Shown here one piece after another: positions 27,032-36,301 of a stretch of DNA of 64,000 bases. The notes under the pieces were generated by a model. That model ran no database searches, was not told the origin of the DNA, and saw only the letters and a program-made list of their open reading frames with translations. Source of the stretch: a virus. Its lineage: Duplodnaviria > Caudoviricetes. Location: positions 1 through 64,000 of the IMG/VR virus record IMGVR_UViG_3300044608_000145; one strand, 5' to 3'. The position numbers and the translations under genes are program-made. Within the stretch, counting starts at the first letter, position 1, and each line of letters starts with the position of its first letter.

Positions 27032-28480
27032 TTAAATCTCAATTGGGTAAATCTTATATTGGAATTGTTCGTCGGTGTAAATCTTAATACGCTCGGCGAA
27101 ATGATTCATGGTATGGTTAGTCCACGTTTTAGTTCTTAGGTCATCTGAGATGTCATATAGAACAGCTTCTTCTTTATCATCACCAAGACGAAGACCACGA
27201 CCGATAGATTGCAAAGTACGAATCATCGACTTGGTAGGAGAAGAGAATACTATATTATGTAGGTTACGAATATTCACCCCTGTGGAGAACGTACCATACG
27301 ACGCGATAATGATAGCGTCTTTTTCTTTCTCAACGATCTGGCGAATAGCTTCTCGATCCTCGCCATCTACGCCACCGTGTACGAAGAATACGTGACGCTT
27401 GTCATGGGCTTTATCTTTTATCTGCTTGTATAAATCCTTACCATGCTTATCAACGTATTGAAATAGTACCAGCGTATTACCCTCGAGCGAGAGAGTCAGT
27501 TTGCTAATAAACTTATTACGTCCATCATGACGCACCAAATAATCCATCTCCTCTTGGTAAGTCTTTCGTGCCATCAGTTTCTTTTCAGCATCTGAGTGCT
27601 TCAAAACCAGACACTTAATCTTGAATGCTGAGAGATGATTATCTTCAATCAGTTTGGCGGTCGTAGTGACTTTCTTTACCGCGCCAAATAATCCTTCAAG
27701 TACCAGCTTGTGAGTCTGCGTACCATCTAGCGTACCAGTAAACCCGAAACGATACTTGCATTCGTTCAGCTTCTCCATAATTGAAGCAAGTGACTTAGCT
27801 TTGAATAAATGCGCTTCGTCGCCTATTACAACACCGAACTGCTCAAACCAGCTTTTTGGTAGTTTATAAATTGACTGCCATGTAGTTATGACTACTGGCG
27901 CAGTTGAAAGTTTCTCTTTACCTGACATAATAATGTGTATGTCTTTCTCGTCGTGTCCGTAACCAACGAAGTCAGACTGCATCTGATAGACGAGCGAGGT
28001 AGTAGGAACGATAATTAGTTTACGCTGTTTCTTGAACCATCTGCTTACCATATAGATGATGAGCGACTTACCAGAAGCAGTAGGTGAAAGCATCATACCT
28101 CTGTGGTTTCTTACTGCGTGCATAAAAGCGTCCACCTGATACTGGCGTGGGTTGAATGGTAGCTTTAGCGAAGCGATAAACTTATCAAAGTCCTCGTCGG
28201 TTTCGTCACTTGTTACGTGCAAGTCTTTATGTATTTCTATTTCGTAGTCGCGGTCTTGTGCGAACTTTACGATATAAGGAATCAATCCTTTGTAGATTGA
28301 CTTGGTCATTAGGTTGGCTAATCTTATTTTACCATCCCAGACTTTGTTACGAACAGCTGGCATAAACTGAGCACCTGGAACCATGAACGTAAAGTGGTCT
28401 GACAATTCCTGCGCAAGCCATGCCTCGCAGTTGAATCGAATGAACGCTTCGTCGATTGGTTCTAAGGTAATCTTACTCAT
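27032..28480 (-). CDS. uvsW: SF2 helicase UvsW
   Basis: SPTASGKS, GDEAH, GFTGT, LQSIGRGLR. Confidence 0.95.
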   Translation of the reverse strand: MSKITLEPIDEAFIRFNCEAWLAQELSDHFTFMVPGAQFMPAVRNKVWDGKIRLANLMTKSIYKGLIPYIVKFAQDRDYEIEIHKDLHVTSDETDEDFDKFIASLKLPFNPRQYQVDAFMHAVRNHRGMMLSPTASGKSLIIYMVSRWFKKQRKLIIVPTTSLVYQMQSDFVGYGHDEKDIHIIMSGKEKLSTAPVVITTWQSIYKLPKSWFEQFGVVIGDEAHLFKAKSLASIMEKLNECKYRFGFTGTLDGTQTHKLVLEGLFGAVKKVTTTAKLIEDNHLSAFKIKCLVLKHSDAEKKLMARKTYQEEMDYLVRHDGRNKFISKLTLSLEGNTLVLFQYVDKHGKDLYKQIKDKAHDKRHVFFVHGGVDGEDREAIRQIVEKEKDAIIIASYGTFSTGVNIRNLHNIVFSSPTKSMIRTLQSIGRGLRLGDDKEEAVLYDISDDLRTKTWTNHTMNHFAERIKIYTDEQFQYKIYPIEI

Positions 28481-28914
28481 TACATGCCTGTCTTAAACTT
28501 TTCCCAGTCAATAGCTGACTTGATATTATAGCCACGACCATTTAGTGATTTGATGATTGATTCCAACACATCAACTTTCTCTTGTTGAACGGCGATCTTT
28601 AATGTGCTTTTGATTATGTCTGAGTCTGAGTCAATATGCATCGGTAGTTCCGATTTCATAATTTTTAGATAGTTGGGTTCCCAGCCAAGTTCTTTTAGAC
28701 GGTCTGGTTCCATGATTCCGTTGAACCATTCAGCTTTATCTTTGTAAAGTTGCTTGTGTTCAGTTTCCATCTTCTTGAGCAGCAGACGCTCGTTAGAGAA
28801 GATGCGGTAATAGTTATAGTGGAGTTTTGCGATTCTCAGCGATTCCTTACCAAGTTCGGTACGATCGATGTCGCTGTCTTTAGCCCACATTTCAAAAATT
28901 TCTTCAAGTTTCAT
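28480..28914 (-). CDS. uvsY: Recombination mediator
   Basis: WAKDSDID, KSAIDWEKF; synteny. Confidence 0.88.
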   Translation of the reverse strand: MKLEEIFEMWAKDSDIDRTELGKESLRIAKLHYNYYRIFSNERLLLKKMETEHKQLYKDKAEWFNGIMEPDRLKELGWEPNYLKIMKSELPMHIDSDSDIIKSTLKIAVQQEKVDVLESIIKSLNGRGYNIKSAIDWEKFKTGM

Positions 28915-28946
28915 GATATATCCATAGATGGAGAGTACTCCATCAT

Positions 28947-28975
28947 ATTATACGCTACAATAGCGAATTAGTAAA
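28947..28975 (-). promoter_or_regulatory. Promoter TTTACT-N17-TATAAT for uvsY
   Basis: Exact consensus; GATGGAG...CTCCATC hairpin downstream. Confidence 0.75.
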
Positions 28976-28976
28976 A

Positions 28977-29492
28977 TTATGCGTCTTCTAGTTTGAATGA
29001 CTGGAATCTAAATGTAGCAGTCGCTTCAAGATACTCTACGTCAGCTAATTGTGAATTAAATTCTAAATCAGAAATAGAAGTAGGAAACATATTAGCAAAT
29101 GTCACAAGTATATTTGGATTCATCGCAGAAGTTAAAATACCAAGCATACCATCAGAGTAAATACCAGCTCCGCTAGTTTTCTCTGCAGCAGCAATTGATG
29201 AATATGATTCAAATCCATCTACGCGACCAAGAGCAGTCATCCAACCATAAATCTCTTTATAGTTTTTCATGTCTTCGTCGACCTTAAATGTAACTTGTAG
29301 TTCGCTAAACTGCAATCTTCCTGGTCTAGGAATAGTAATAAACGGAGTAGGAGTTTCTGCTGTACCTAATGATACACCAGGAAGTGAAACCCTAGTTACA
29401 AAGAAGTTGACAGTCGGCAATCTCTTTACGGAAAACGAAAAGCCGAGAGGTGACAGAAAGTTTTTATTTGTAGGTTCGTTTACGACGCTCAT
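28977..29492 (-). CDS. gp3: Tail completion / tube terminator
   Basis: NFLSPLGF, FKVDEDMKNYKEIYGWM, FPTSIS; position after gp23. Confidence 0.85.
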   Translation of the reverse strand: MSVVNEPTNKNFLSPLGFSFSVKRLPTVNFFVTRVSLPGVSLGTAETPTPFITIPRPGRLQFSELQVTFKVDEDMKNYKEIYGWMTALGRVDGFESYSSIAAAEKTSGAGIYSDGMLGILTSAMNPNILVTFANMFPTSISDLEFNSQLADVEYLEATATFRFQSFKLEDA

Positions 29493-29516
29493 AGTAGTTT
29501 CCCAGATAGCACCTAT

Positions 29517-29524
29517 TATTTAGG
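29517..29524 (-). promoter_or_regulatory. Late-type promoter CCTAAATA
   Basis: Upstream of gp3, after the gp23 terminator. Confidence 0.55.
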
Positions 29525-29528
29525 TAAC

Positions 29529-29553
29529 AAAAAAGCCACCCGAAGGTGGCTTT
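29529..29553 (-). terminator. Rho-independent terminator after gp23
   Basis: AAGCCACC-TTCG-GGTGGCTTTTTT. Confidence 0.85.
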
Positions 29554-29573
29554 TAAGTTTGTATCAACCAAGA

Positions 29574-30935
29574 TTACATTAGGTTGTCTACGATTAGACG
29601 ACGGTAGTAAACGTTGGAGTCTTGGATCAATGTACCGTCCGAAGCAGTAGCACCACGTGAGAATGGATTTGCTACGACGCCATAACGGGTCTTGAAGCCG
29701 ATTTTTGGCTGGAAGGTATCTTCACCAACCGCACGAACCATTTGTAGAGGAACGTATGGGCAGTAGAATAGACCAGCATCGAACGCAGAAGCACCTTTGT
29801 AACCCATAGTTAGGTAGTTACCAGTGGTGTATGGATCGATGTAAACTTTGATGCGACCGTTTAGAACGCCAGCGAAAGTAGCGCCAGTATCATCAACTTG
29901 TAGGTTGTTGCTGTTAAGAGCTGGGGTGTAATCAAGAACGCCAGCCATTTGAAGAGCAGAAGCCACATCTGACGAGCAGATTAGGATGTTACCCTTACCA
30001 CGACGAGTACGTTTTGCGATAGCATTAGCTTCGCGCTCGATTTGGAACATTAGACCCTTGAACTTTTCAACTGACCAACGACCGTTAGAGTCGACGTCTA
30101 GGTTGAAACGACCAGCAGTAGTTACACCGTCAGCAGCAGTGAATGGAGATACGATTGAAGTACCGCCGATTGTAGCTGTTACGTTGATAGTACGGATGAT
30201 TTCGCGGTTGATTTCAGCAAGAATTTCAGCCGAAAGGATGTTGGCTAGTTCGGTTTCAGCGTCAAGACCATGAATAGCTTTAAGATCTTGAGCAAGTTCC
30301 ATCGAGTAGTCAGCTTTTAGAGCGCGCGACTTGGCAGTTACAGAAACCTTGTCGATCGAGAAAGCCATTTCAGCAAAAGCTTGAGTGCTGTTACCTAGCG
30401 ATTCAGCTTGGGCAGTTGTTAGACCAGCTGTGAAGTTATAGGTGTTTGTTCCTGCGTTGTTTGAGACGCCTGGAACTGTACCAACGTCGTTTAGACCGAC
30501 GGAGTTAGCAGCAGCAGTAGTTGTACCACCGAACTCGGTATTAGCTTCGTTGTAGAAAGCTTCTGTACCTTGCTGGTTGGCATAGTGCGAACGCATAGCA
30601 AAGATCAAGCCAGTTGGACCTGTCATTGGCTGGACGCCGCAGATGTCATAGGCAACTAGGTTTGGCATTGCACGACGGACTAACGAAATTAGAACTGGAT
30701 CGTAAGTGTCGATTTCGCTTGGCGAATATGAGTTCATGGAGTTGGTTGGACCGCCAGCAGCATTGGTTTCTAGCAATGAGCGTGGAGCGAAGCCACCGTT
30801 TTCACGGAGAGCCTTCTCGGTGTTTTCTAGCAACTGAGCAGTTACAGAACGACGGTGTGAGTCTTTAATTGGTGACAAATCAGCGTGTTCTAGAACTGGT
30901 GCCCACTTGGTTTGGATTTCTTCGTTAAGATACAT
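29574..30935 (-). CDS. gp23: Major capsid protein
   Basis: LISLVRRAMPNLVAYDICGVQPMTGPTGLIFAMR, FQPKIGFKTRYG. Confidence 0.98.
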   Translation of the reverse strand: MYLNEEIQTKWAPVLEHADLSPIKDSHRRSVTAQLLENTEKALRENGGFAPRSLLETNAAGGPTNSMNSYSPSEIDTYDPVLISLVRRAMPNLVAYDICGVQPMTGPTGLIFAMRSHYANQQGTEAFYNEANTEFGGTTTAAANSVGLNDVGTVPGVSNNAGTNTYNFTAGLTTAQAESLGNSTQAFAEMAFSIDKVSVTAKSRALKADYSMELAQDLKAIHGLDAETELANILSAEILAEINREIIRTINVTATIGGTSIVSPFTAADGVTTAGRFNLDVDSNGRWSVEKFKGLMFQIEREANAIAKRTRRGKGNILICSSDVASALQMAGVLDYTPALNSNNLQVDDTGATFAGVLNGRIKVYIDPYTTGNYLTMGYKGASAFDAGLFYCPYVPLQMVRAVGEDTFQPKIGFKTRYGVVANPFSRGATASDGTLIQDSNVYYRRLIVDNLM

Positions 30936-30974
30936 CTTTATTCTCCTGTCCTTTGAAATAGGAATTGGTATAGT

Positions 30975-30982
30975 TATTTATA
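30975..30982 (-). promoter_or_regulatory. T4 late promoter TATAAATA
   Basis: Exact consensus upstream of gp23. Confidence 0.8.
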
Positions 30983-30986
30983 ATAA

Positions 30987-32027
30987 TCAGTTCTTGACGG
31001 TACGCGAAATAGCAGCTACGTATTTGTTGATCGTTGGATCACCAGATTTCTTAGCTGTTTCTTCTTGCACGACTTCAACTTCTTCCGTAAGCTGCTGTTG
31101 AGCTTGTGACTCTTTCTTAACAGACAGATAGGATTCTTTGATAATGCTTAGTTTCTCAGCATACTCTTTAACAGAACTGGCATCGATGCTTTCAGCAAGG
31201 GTAGCTAGTTTTTCTTTCTGAGTATCGGTAAGACCTTCAGCAACTTCAGCGAATGCCTGCTCAGCCTGATAAGACGCTACTTGTTCAGCAATTTCTAAAT
31301 TCAGGTTGATTTGCTCATTCAGCTTTTCTTCCAACTCAGCAATGCGAGCGTCCATAGACTCAACGACATTTACTTTGTCTTCAGGGATCTCGACGTAATG
31401 CTCGACAAAAACTTCGCGCATACCAGCGAGGAAACTTTCCATGACTTCGGTGCGTAGACCTGATTCAATAGCAAGTTTGTTATCTTCGACCCATTGTTCA
31501 ACAACGTAGTTTAGGTAGCTGTTTACTTTCTCGGTCAATTCGTCAGCAACTGCTTCTACAGCTTCAGCTAATTGAGCTTCATACTGTTCGTCAAGTTGCG
31601 CTTTGTATTCGATAGTGCGAGCGTGTACAGCTGCTTCAAAGATAGTTGTAGCTTTGTCTTTGAATTCTTCCGAAAGTTCTGCACCTTGGAAAATAGCAGC
31701 AACGTCTTCGCCCAGACCGCCAGGATTATTCAACTTTGGCATTGGGTCTTGTTGCTTCGAACCAGCTTTTAGTGTGCCTTGATTTGCCATACCAGCATGG
31801 AATTGTGCCAATTTTTTAACTGGCATATCGTATGCTGCTTTGACGATATCGGCGATAATGCCCGACTTGCTTAGAGTAGGCATGGCATCTTTGCCATCCT
31901 TCTTGTCAGCTGGTCGCGAATTATCTTTGGTTGCGACTGGTTCAGGAATCATGGCGTCGACGCCATACGATGCCTGAAACTCTAGAAGATCGTCGCCTTC
32001 CAAGATTTCGTTTTCGTTATTACTCAT
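30987..32027 (-). CDS. gp22: Prohead core scaffold
   Basis: LSEEFKDKATTIFEAAV, YLNYVVEQW, AIESGLRTE. Confidence 0.9.
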   Translation of the reverse strand: MSNNENEILEGDDLLEFQASYGVDAMIPEPVATKDNSRPADKKDGKDAMPTLSKSGIIADIVKAAYDMPVKKLAQFHAGMANQGTLKAGSKQQDPMPKLNNPGGLGEDVAAIFQGAELSEEFKDKATTIFEAAVHARTIEYKAQLDEQYEAQLAEAVEAVADELTEKVNSYLNYVVEQWVEDNKLAIESGLRTEVMESFLAGMREVFVEHYVEIPEDKVNVVESMDARIAELEEKLNEQINLNLEIAEQVASYQAEQAFAEVAEGLTDTQKEKLATLAESIDASSVKEYAEKLSIIKESYLSVKKESQAQQQLTEEVEVVQEETAKKSGDPTINKYVAAISRTVKN

Positions 32028-32060
32028 CTTTACTCTCCTGCGTGGATTGCTTTAGTTTAT

Positions 32061-32068
32061 TATTTATA
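32061..32068 (-). promoter_or_regulatory. T4 late promoter TATAAATA
   Basis: Exact consensus upstream of gp22. Confidence 0.8.
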
Positions 32069-32071
32069 AAA

Positions 32072-32731
32072 TCAAATCTTTAGAAGGAAATCGTTCCAAA
32101 CTTTCAGGACGGTTTCTTCTAGCTTTTTCTTGTTTGCGGAAGAAGCAGCTTTGTTGACTTGTGCTTTGTAACTCTCTAACTGTTGAGCTTTGAGAAGTCC
32201 GTTGTCCCAAACCCATTCTACTCCTTCCATGATTCCGTTTACGAAAGCATCTGGAGCTGAAGGATCCGCTACAATATCTGCGGCAGTTGCAAGATAAAAG
32301 TCATCTTGGACTTCGTTAATACCATTTCTTGGTTTCAACGAACCCATGCCACGTGAAGAGACACCAAGTTTAACACCAGAATTGATTAAATTCTTAGCGA
32401 TGTTACCCATAGGTGTATCTAATATTTTGGCTTTGCCGATATAGTTGTTTCCTTCTTTCTGTAAATCAACAATCATGTGTGAAACACGATCTAGATTGAT
32501 TGTAGGACCAGCAGGATGACCTAATTCGCCCAAAGCGCGATTGGTACCAACAGCTTCTTTCATGTAGCGAGCAACTTCGCGCTCCATTACAGCTGAAGGA
32601 TATTTACGACCATTTCTATTTACTACTTCAGCTTGAAGAAACGGACCAGTAATAAAAAGATTTTTACCGCCATTTTCATTAGCTTCGGTAATAATCTCTA
32701 GATCTTCAATTGTTTCGGTAATAAGTTTCAT
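32072..32731 (-). CDS. gp21: Prohead protease
   Basis: NRNGRKYP, ALGELGHP, LGVSSRGMGS, DIVADPSAPDA. Confidence 0.96.
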   Translation of the reverse strand: MKLITETIEDLEIITEANENGGKNLFITGPFLQAEVVNRNGRKYPSAVMEREVARYMKEAVGTNRALGELGHPAGPTINLDRVSHMIVDLQKEGNNYIGKAKILDTPMGNIAKNLINSGVKLGVSSRGMGSLKPRNGINEVQDDFYLATAADIVADPSAPDAFVNGIMEGVEWVWDNGLLKAQQLESYKAQVNKAASSANKKKLEETVLKVWNDFLLKI

Positions 32732-32741
32732 TTCTTATTCC

Positions 32742-33086
32742 TTATGCTAGTGTCGATTGTTTTTTCAATTCAACATACACCGTAGCGTTATTAGCATAGG
32801 TGATAACAACGTTGGTAGTTGGTTGTTCAGTTTGTGTAATACCAGCAACATCAAAATCCCAATTACCGCCACCTGTTAAATTAAACAAAGTAGTTGCGCC
32901 AGCATTACCTCGACCGATAACAACATTGCCAGACCAGTAAACTTTACTGATTTGCAGAGCATTTACAGTTTCTTCAGCAGAAGTATTAGCACTGGCAAGA
33001 GTGATTGTTTCGACGCCACCATTAGTTGAATTGGCAGCAATTCTAGTTACAAGTTTGCCTCTTGGCTGATTGATATAGATTGGCAT
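32742..33086 (-). CDS. Hypothetical virion protein
   Basis: 114 aa, beta-rich, AGGA SD, inside the head operon. Confidence 0.55.
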   Translation of the reverse strand: MPIYINQPRGKLVTRIAANSTNGGVETITLASANTSAEETVNALQISKVYWSGNVVIGRGNAGATTLFNLTGGGNWDFDVAGITQTEQPTTNVVITYANNATVYVELKKQSTLA

Positions 33087-33095
33087 ATTAGTTCC

Positions 33096-33476
33096 TTACA
33101 GCAAATGTGTATTTTTCATACCAGCTTTACGCAAGTGATGTTTAATAACATTGCGTACATCTGAGTTTGGTTTATCGCTTGCGATCGCTCCGATCTCATC
33201 ATTTAATGGTTTGTGGTCGACATGCTTAGAGATTTGCTTTACAGCATCTTTAGCTTCAACGCGATCGCGCATTAATTTCTTTAGTCCGCCGAATGCTTTG
33301 GCATGACGAGTTGGATTGCTAGAACCCAACTCACCACCGACGTTTACTTTTTCATGTTTGCCGAATCCGCCAGGAAATCCTGCGCGACCTGACTTGTTCT
33401 TTTGCGTGACAAGGTTTTCGCCTGTCTTGCGCATCAAGAATGCAGCTTCGGTCATGAATTCAGAAAATGATTTCAT
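33096..33476 (-). CDS. Probable internal head protein
   Basis: N-terminus MKSFSEFMTEA resembles the T4 capsid-targeting sequence; basic. Confidence 0.55.
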   Translation of the reverse strand: MKSFSEFMTEAAFLMRKTGENLVTQKNKSGRAGFPGGFGKHEKVNVGGELGSSNPTRHAKAFGGLKKLMRDRVEAKDAVKQISKHVDHKPLNDEIGAIASDKPNSDVRNVIKHHLRKAGMKNTHLL

Positions 33477-34024
33477 TGTTTTACGGTTCCGCCTTGAGCA
33501 GTTGCGTATTGTAGCTTATCTTCTCCTGGTTCTAGACTTGCAATTTTGCTAGTGTCTTTACCATGAGTAGCACGGAACTGAGCATCAGTTGCAACTGGAT
33601 GACCGACCGTCTTAACTTGATGAGTGATTAGTGCTTGCCAGTCGGATGCATTTTTTGGCATTGCTACTTCTTGTACGTTGCCTTTCTTCATTTTACGAAG
33701 TTTAGCAAAATCTTTAGCGTCGATCTTTTCGTCGTCGACAACATCAATCTTTTGTTGGTTAGAATGAAGAGCTTCTTTCATGGACTTCTTTTTATCGTCC
33801 ATTTCTTCTTCGTCTTCCATTTCTTCGTCTTCATCCTCGTCTTCCATTTCTTCTTCGTCGTCTTCCATTTTCTTGGCTTCGCCAAACATAGAAGCGCCGA
33901 TTTCAGGACGAAGAGCTTCAATTGCATCGTATGCGCGGACTTGAAGCTGAGCGTTTACAAGTTCTTGGAACTTGACTGCATTCTCTTCAACCGCTGCATA
34001 AATTAATTCTTTGATGTCTTTCAT
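33473..34024 (-). CDS. Prohead core protein (gp67-like) with acidic linker
   Basis: Directly after the portal gene; helical N-terminus, E/D tract. Confidence 0.6.
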   Translation of the reverse strand: MKDIKELIYAAVEENAVKFQELVNAQLQVRAYDAIEALRPEIGASMFGEAKKMEDDEEEMEDEDEDEEMEDEEEMDDKKKSMKEALHSNQQKIDVVDDEKIDAKDFAKLRKMKKGNVQEVAMPKNASDWQALITHQVKTVGHPVATDAQFRATHGKDTSKIASLEPGEDKLQYATAQGGTVKQ

Positions 34025-34051
34025 GGGGTTTCCTTTATTAAAGTAACACTA

Positions 34052-34059
34052 TATTTAGT
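34052..34059 (-). promoter_or_regulatory. Late-type promoter ACTAAATA
   Basis: Intergenic, upstream of the core gene. Confidence 0.55.
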
Positions 34060-34071
34060 AAATTATTCAAC

Positions 34072-35709
34072 TTATTGTTGTTCTGGTGACGGTTCTTGCT
34101 CGCCTTGCTGGTCAGCTCCAGGAGGTGCACTTGGATTCTGTCCAGCGTCAATTAATGCTTGTTGTAGTTTGATATTAGCCTGATGCTCTTCGCCCATCTG
34201 TTTATCAATCTGATCCATTTCTTCTTCTGATTGATGTAGAACTTTAGTACGCATATATTGGTGAGAGTAATACTTACCGACATATTGTTCCATTGACTGA
34301 GCCAACGCTAAACGATTTGTTAAGATTTCAGCTTCTTTCAATTCTGTAAAGTAACCATCGCGCATAAAGTCAAAACGAATATTGCTAAAGATTTCATTTG
34401 ATTCTTCTTCAGAAATAACTCCCTTGAGAATCAATTGTTTCTTTAATGCTTCTTTGAATAGATTAGAGAAGCGCATGCGCATACGGTCGATGAACTTGCC
34501 GAACTTCAACTCATCACGAGTAATCTCAGCAGCACGACCAAGATTAAATCCACCCTCGCTTTCTAGACGAGAAACTGGAACACCAAGCGACTTGTACATT
34601 TTCTTCTGGAAGTATAGAACATCGTCGATTTCGCCAAGGTTCTGACCGCCAGGAAGTGTAGTAATTTCTGTACCCTTACCACCTTCGCGACGTGGAAGCC
34701 AGAAGTCTTCTAGCATCGTCATAAACTTACGGTCGTCGCGGATGTCACCAGTTGTAGCATCGTACACCAGACGGTTCTTGTGACGAACCATCATGTCGCG
34801 AAGATATTGTTCTGCTTTGATCTTTGGCAGATTACCGACGTCAATGTAGAAGATACGACGCTCAGGAGCACGCGAAATACGATAGATTACTGTTGCGTCT
34901 TCTAGTGTGCGTAGTTGGTTGAGTGGCTTGATTGCTTTATGTAGATACGAAAGTACCATTTGATTGGAAGCATCCATTAGACCAGATGTCACATGGATAA
35001 TAGAATCAGTAGCAATACGAATACCAGTTGAGCCAGCAGCAGCTGGTTGATAACTTGTTGTGCTTACGCCAGCACGAGTACCGCCAGAGAAACCACGCTC
35101 AGAATACATGTAGTATTCTTGTTTAGTTTCTGTTGTATGAACTTGCTGACCTGCAGTTGATGCTTGTGAGTTTCTACGAACTCTTTTAATCTCGCGGATC
35201 TTACGGATCTTGCGCGGATCGATATAACGAATTTCTTGAATGCCTTCGCGTGGGTTCTGTACGTCAATAATCGCATGATAGTATAGTCTACCATCAATAT
35301 ACCAACGACGAACGATTTCGTAGCCACTGTTATTAAAGTCTAACAACTGAACGATGTTCTTAAACTCTTCGCGAATCTTATCTTTTACTTTGTTACCAAA
35401 CTCTAGATCGTCTAGGTTGATATCAACTAATTTATAATCTGAGTCGTATGATACGAACTCATTTACAATATCATCAATCGCGGATTCAACTTCTGGTTGA
35501 AGTGACATCTCGCGATACTTGGCAACTAGATCTGATTCAGTACGAGCTGAACCTTCAAGATCTAAGTATGTGCCAAAGACGCCACCTTCCGCTACAACAA
35601 CCGCACCGTCATCTTTAATTTCGGGTGCAAATGTTACTAAGCGATCAGGTTGCGCCTTCTCTTCTGCTTCTTTCTTTCTTACGATTTCAAAACCAAACAA
35701 CTGAGCCAT
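34072..35709 (-). CDS. gp20: Portal protein
   Basis: WYIDGR, YRISRAPERRIFYIDVGNLP, EDFWLPRREGGKGTEI. Confidence 0.98.
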   Translation of the reverse strand: MAQLFGFEIVRKKEAEEKAQPDRLVTFAPEIKDDGAVVVAEGGVFGTYLDLEGSARTESDLVAKYREMSLQPEVESAIDDIVNEFVSYDSDYKLVDINLDDLEFGNKVKDKIREEFKNIVQLLDFNNSGYEIVRRWYIDGRLYYHAIIDVQNPREGIQEIRYIDPRKIRKIREIKRVRRNSQASTAGQQVHTTETKQEYYMYSERGFSGGTRAGVSTTSYQPAAAGSTGIRIATDSIIHVTSGLMDASNQMVLSYLHKAIKPLNQLRTLEDATVIYRISRAPERRIFYIDVGNLPKIKAEQYLRDMMVRHKNRLVYDATTGDIRDDRKFMTMLEDFWLPRREGGKGTEITTLPGGQNLGEIDDVLYFQKKMYKSLGVPVSRLESEGGFNLGRAAEITRDELKFGKFIDRMRMRFSNLFKEALKKQLILKGVISEEESNEIFSNIRFDFMRDGYFTELKEAEILTNRLALAQSMEQYVGKYYSHQYMRTKVLHQSEEEMDQIDKQMGEEHQANIKLQQALIDAGQNPSAPPGADQQGEQEPSPEQQ

Positions 35710-35730
35710 TATATTTTTCTCCGACTGGAA

Positions 35731-35759
35731 GGAACGCTACACATTATATGTAGCGTTCC
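35731..35759. terminator. Hairpin between gp19 and gp20
   Basis: GGAACGCTACA-N7-TGTAGCGTTCC; weak U tract. Confidence 0.45.
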
Positions 35760-35773
35760 AAATCAAGTCATTT

Positions 35774-36298
35774 TTACTGGATAATTTCGCTATCGGCTAC
35801 AGTCCAGTAGTCGAATGCGAATTCTACAGTGTATTCTTCAACCGCATCGCCGTCTAACCAGCTTAGTTCTATTGCAGAAATTGAAAGTGGGAAGATGTTT
35901 ACGAATTGATAGCGACGTAGTTCCGAACCATCCTTAGCATACTGAATAACATCAGCAGTTGTGCGATAGTTAGGGACGCTTCTTAGGTTGGTTTGATTGC
36001 TGTTGATAGCTGAAGACCATGCTTCCATGGCACGACGAACTGCAAAGTTTTCGTCGTTCATGACAGTTACAGACCAGTTATCAAAAGTTCTGCTACCAGC
36101 AACTTTAATACGGCGACCGAAATAAGGAATTTCGATTAGACCAAGATTAGAAGCTGGTAATTGAGCAGCACGAACCATGTAACGAAGTGTTTCATCGCCA
36201 ACTCTAGAGATAGGGTTGACCATTGTTACTTCGAATAGTGACGGACGAGCACCGTCACCAATCATGTTTTGTCTAATTTCATTTACATTAAATGCCAT
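35774..36298 (-). CDS. gp19: Tail tube protein
   Basis: GARPSLFEV, GRRIKVAG.RTF, FAFDYW. Confidence 0.95.
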   Translation of the reverse strand: MAFNVNEIRQNMIGDGARPSLFEVTMVNPISRVGDETLRYMVRAAQLPASNLGLIEIPYFGRRIKVAGSRTFDNWSVTVMNDENFAVRRAMEAWSSAINSNQTNLRSVPNYRTTADVIQYAKDGSELRRYQFVNIFPLSISAIELSWLDGDAVEEYTVEFAFDYWTVADSEIIQ

Positions 36299-36301
36299 TT
36301 C

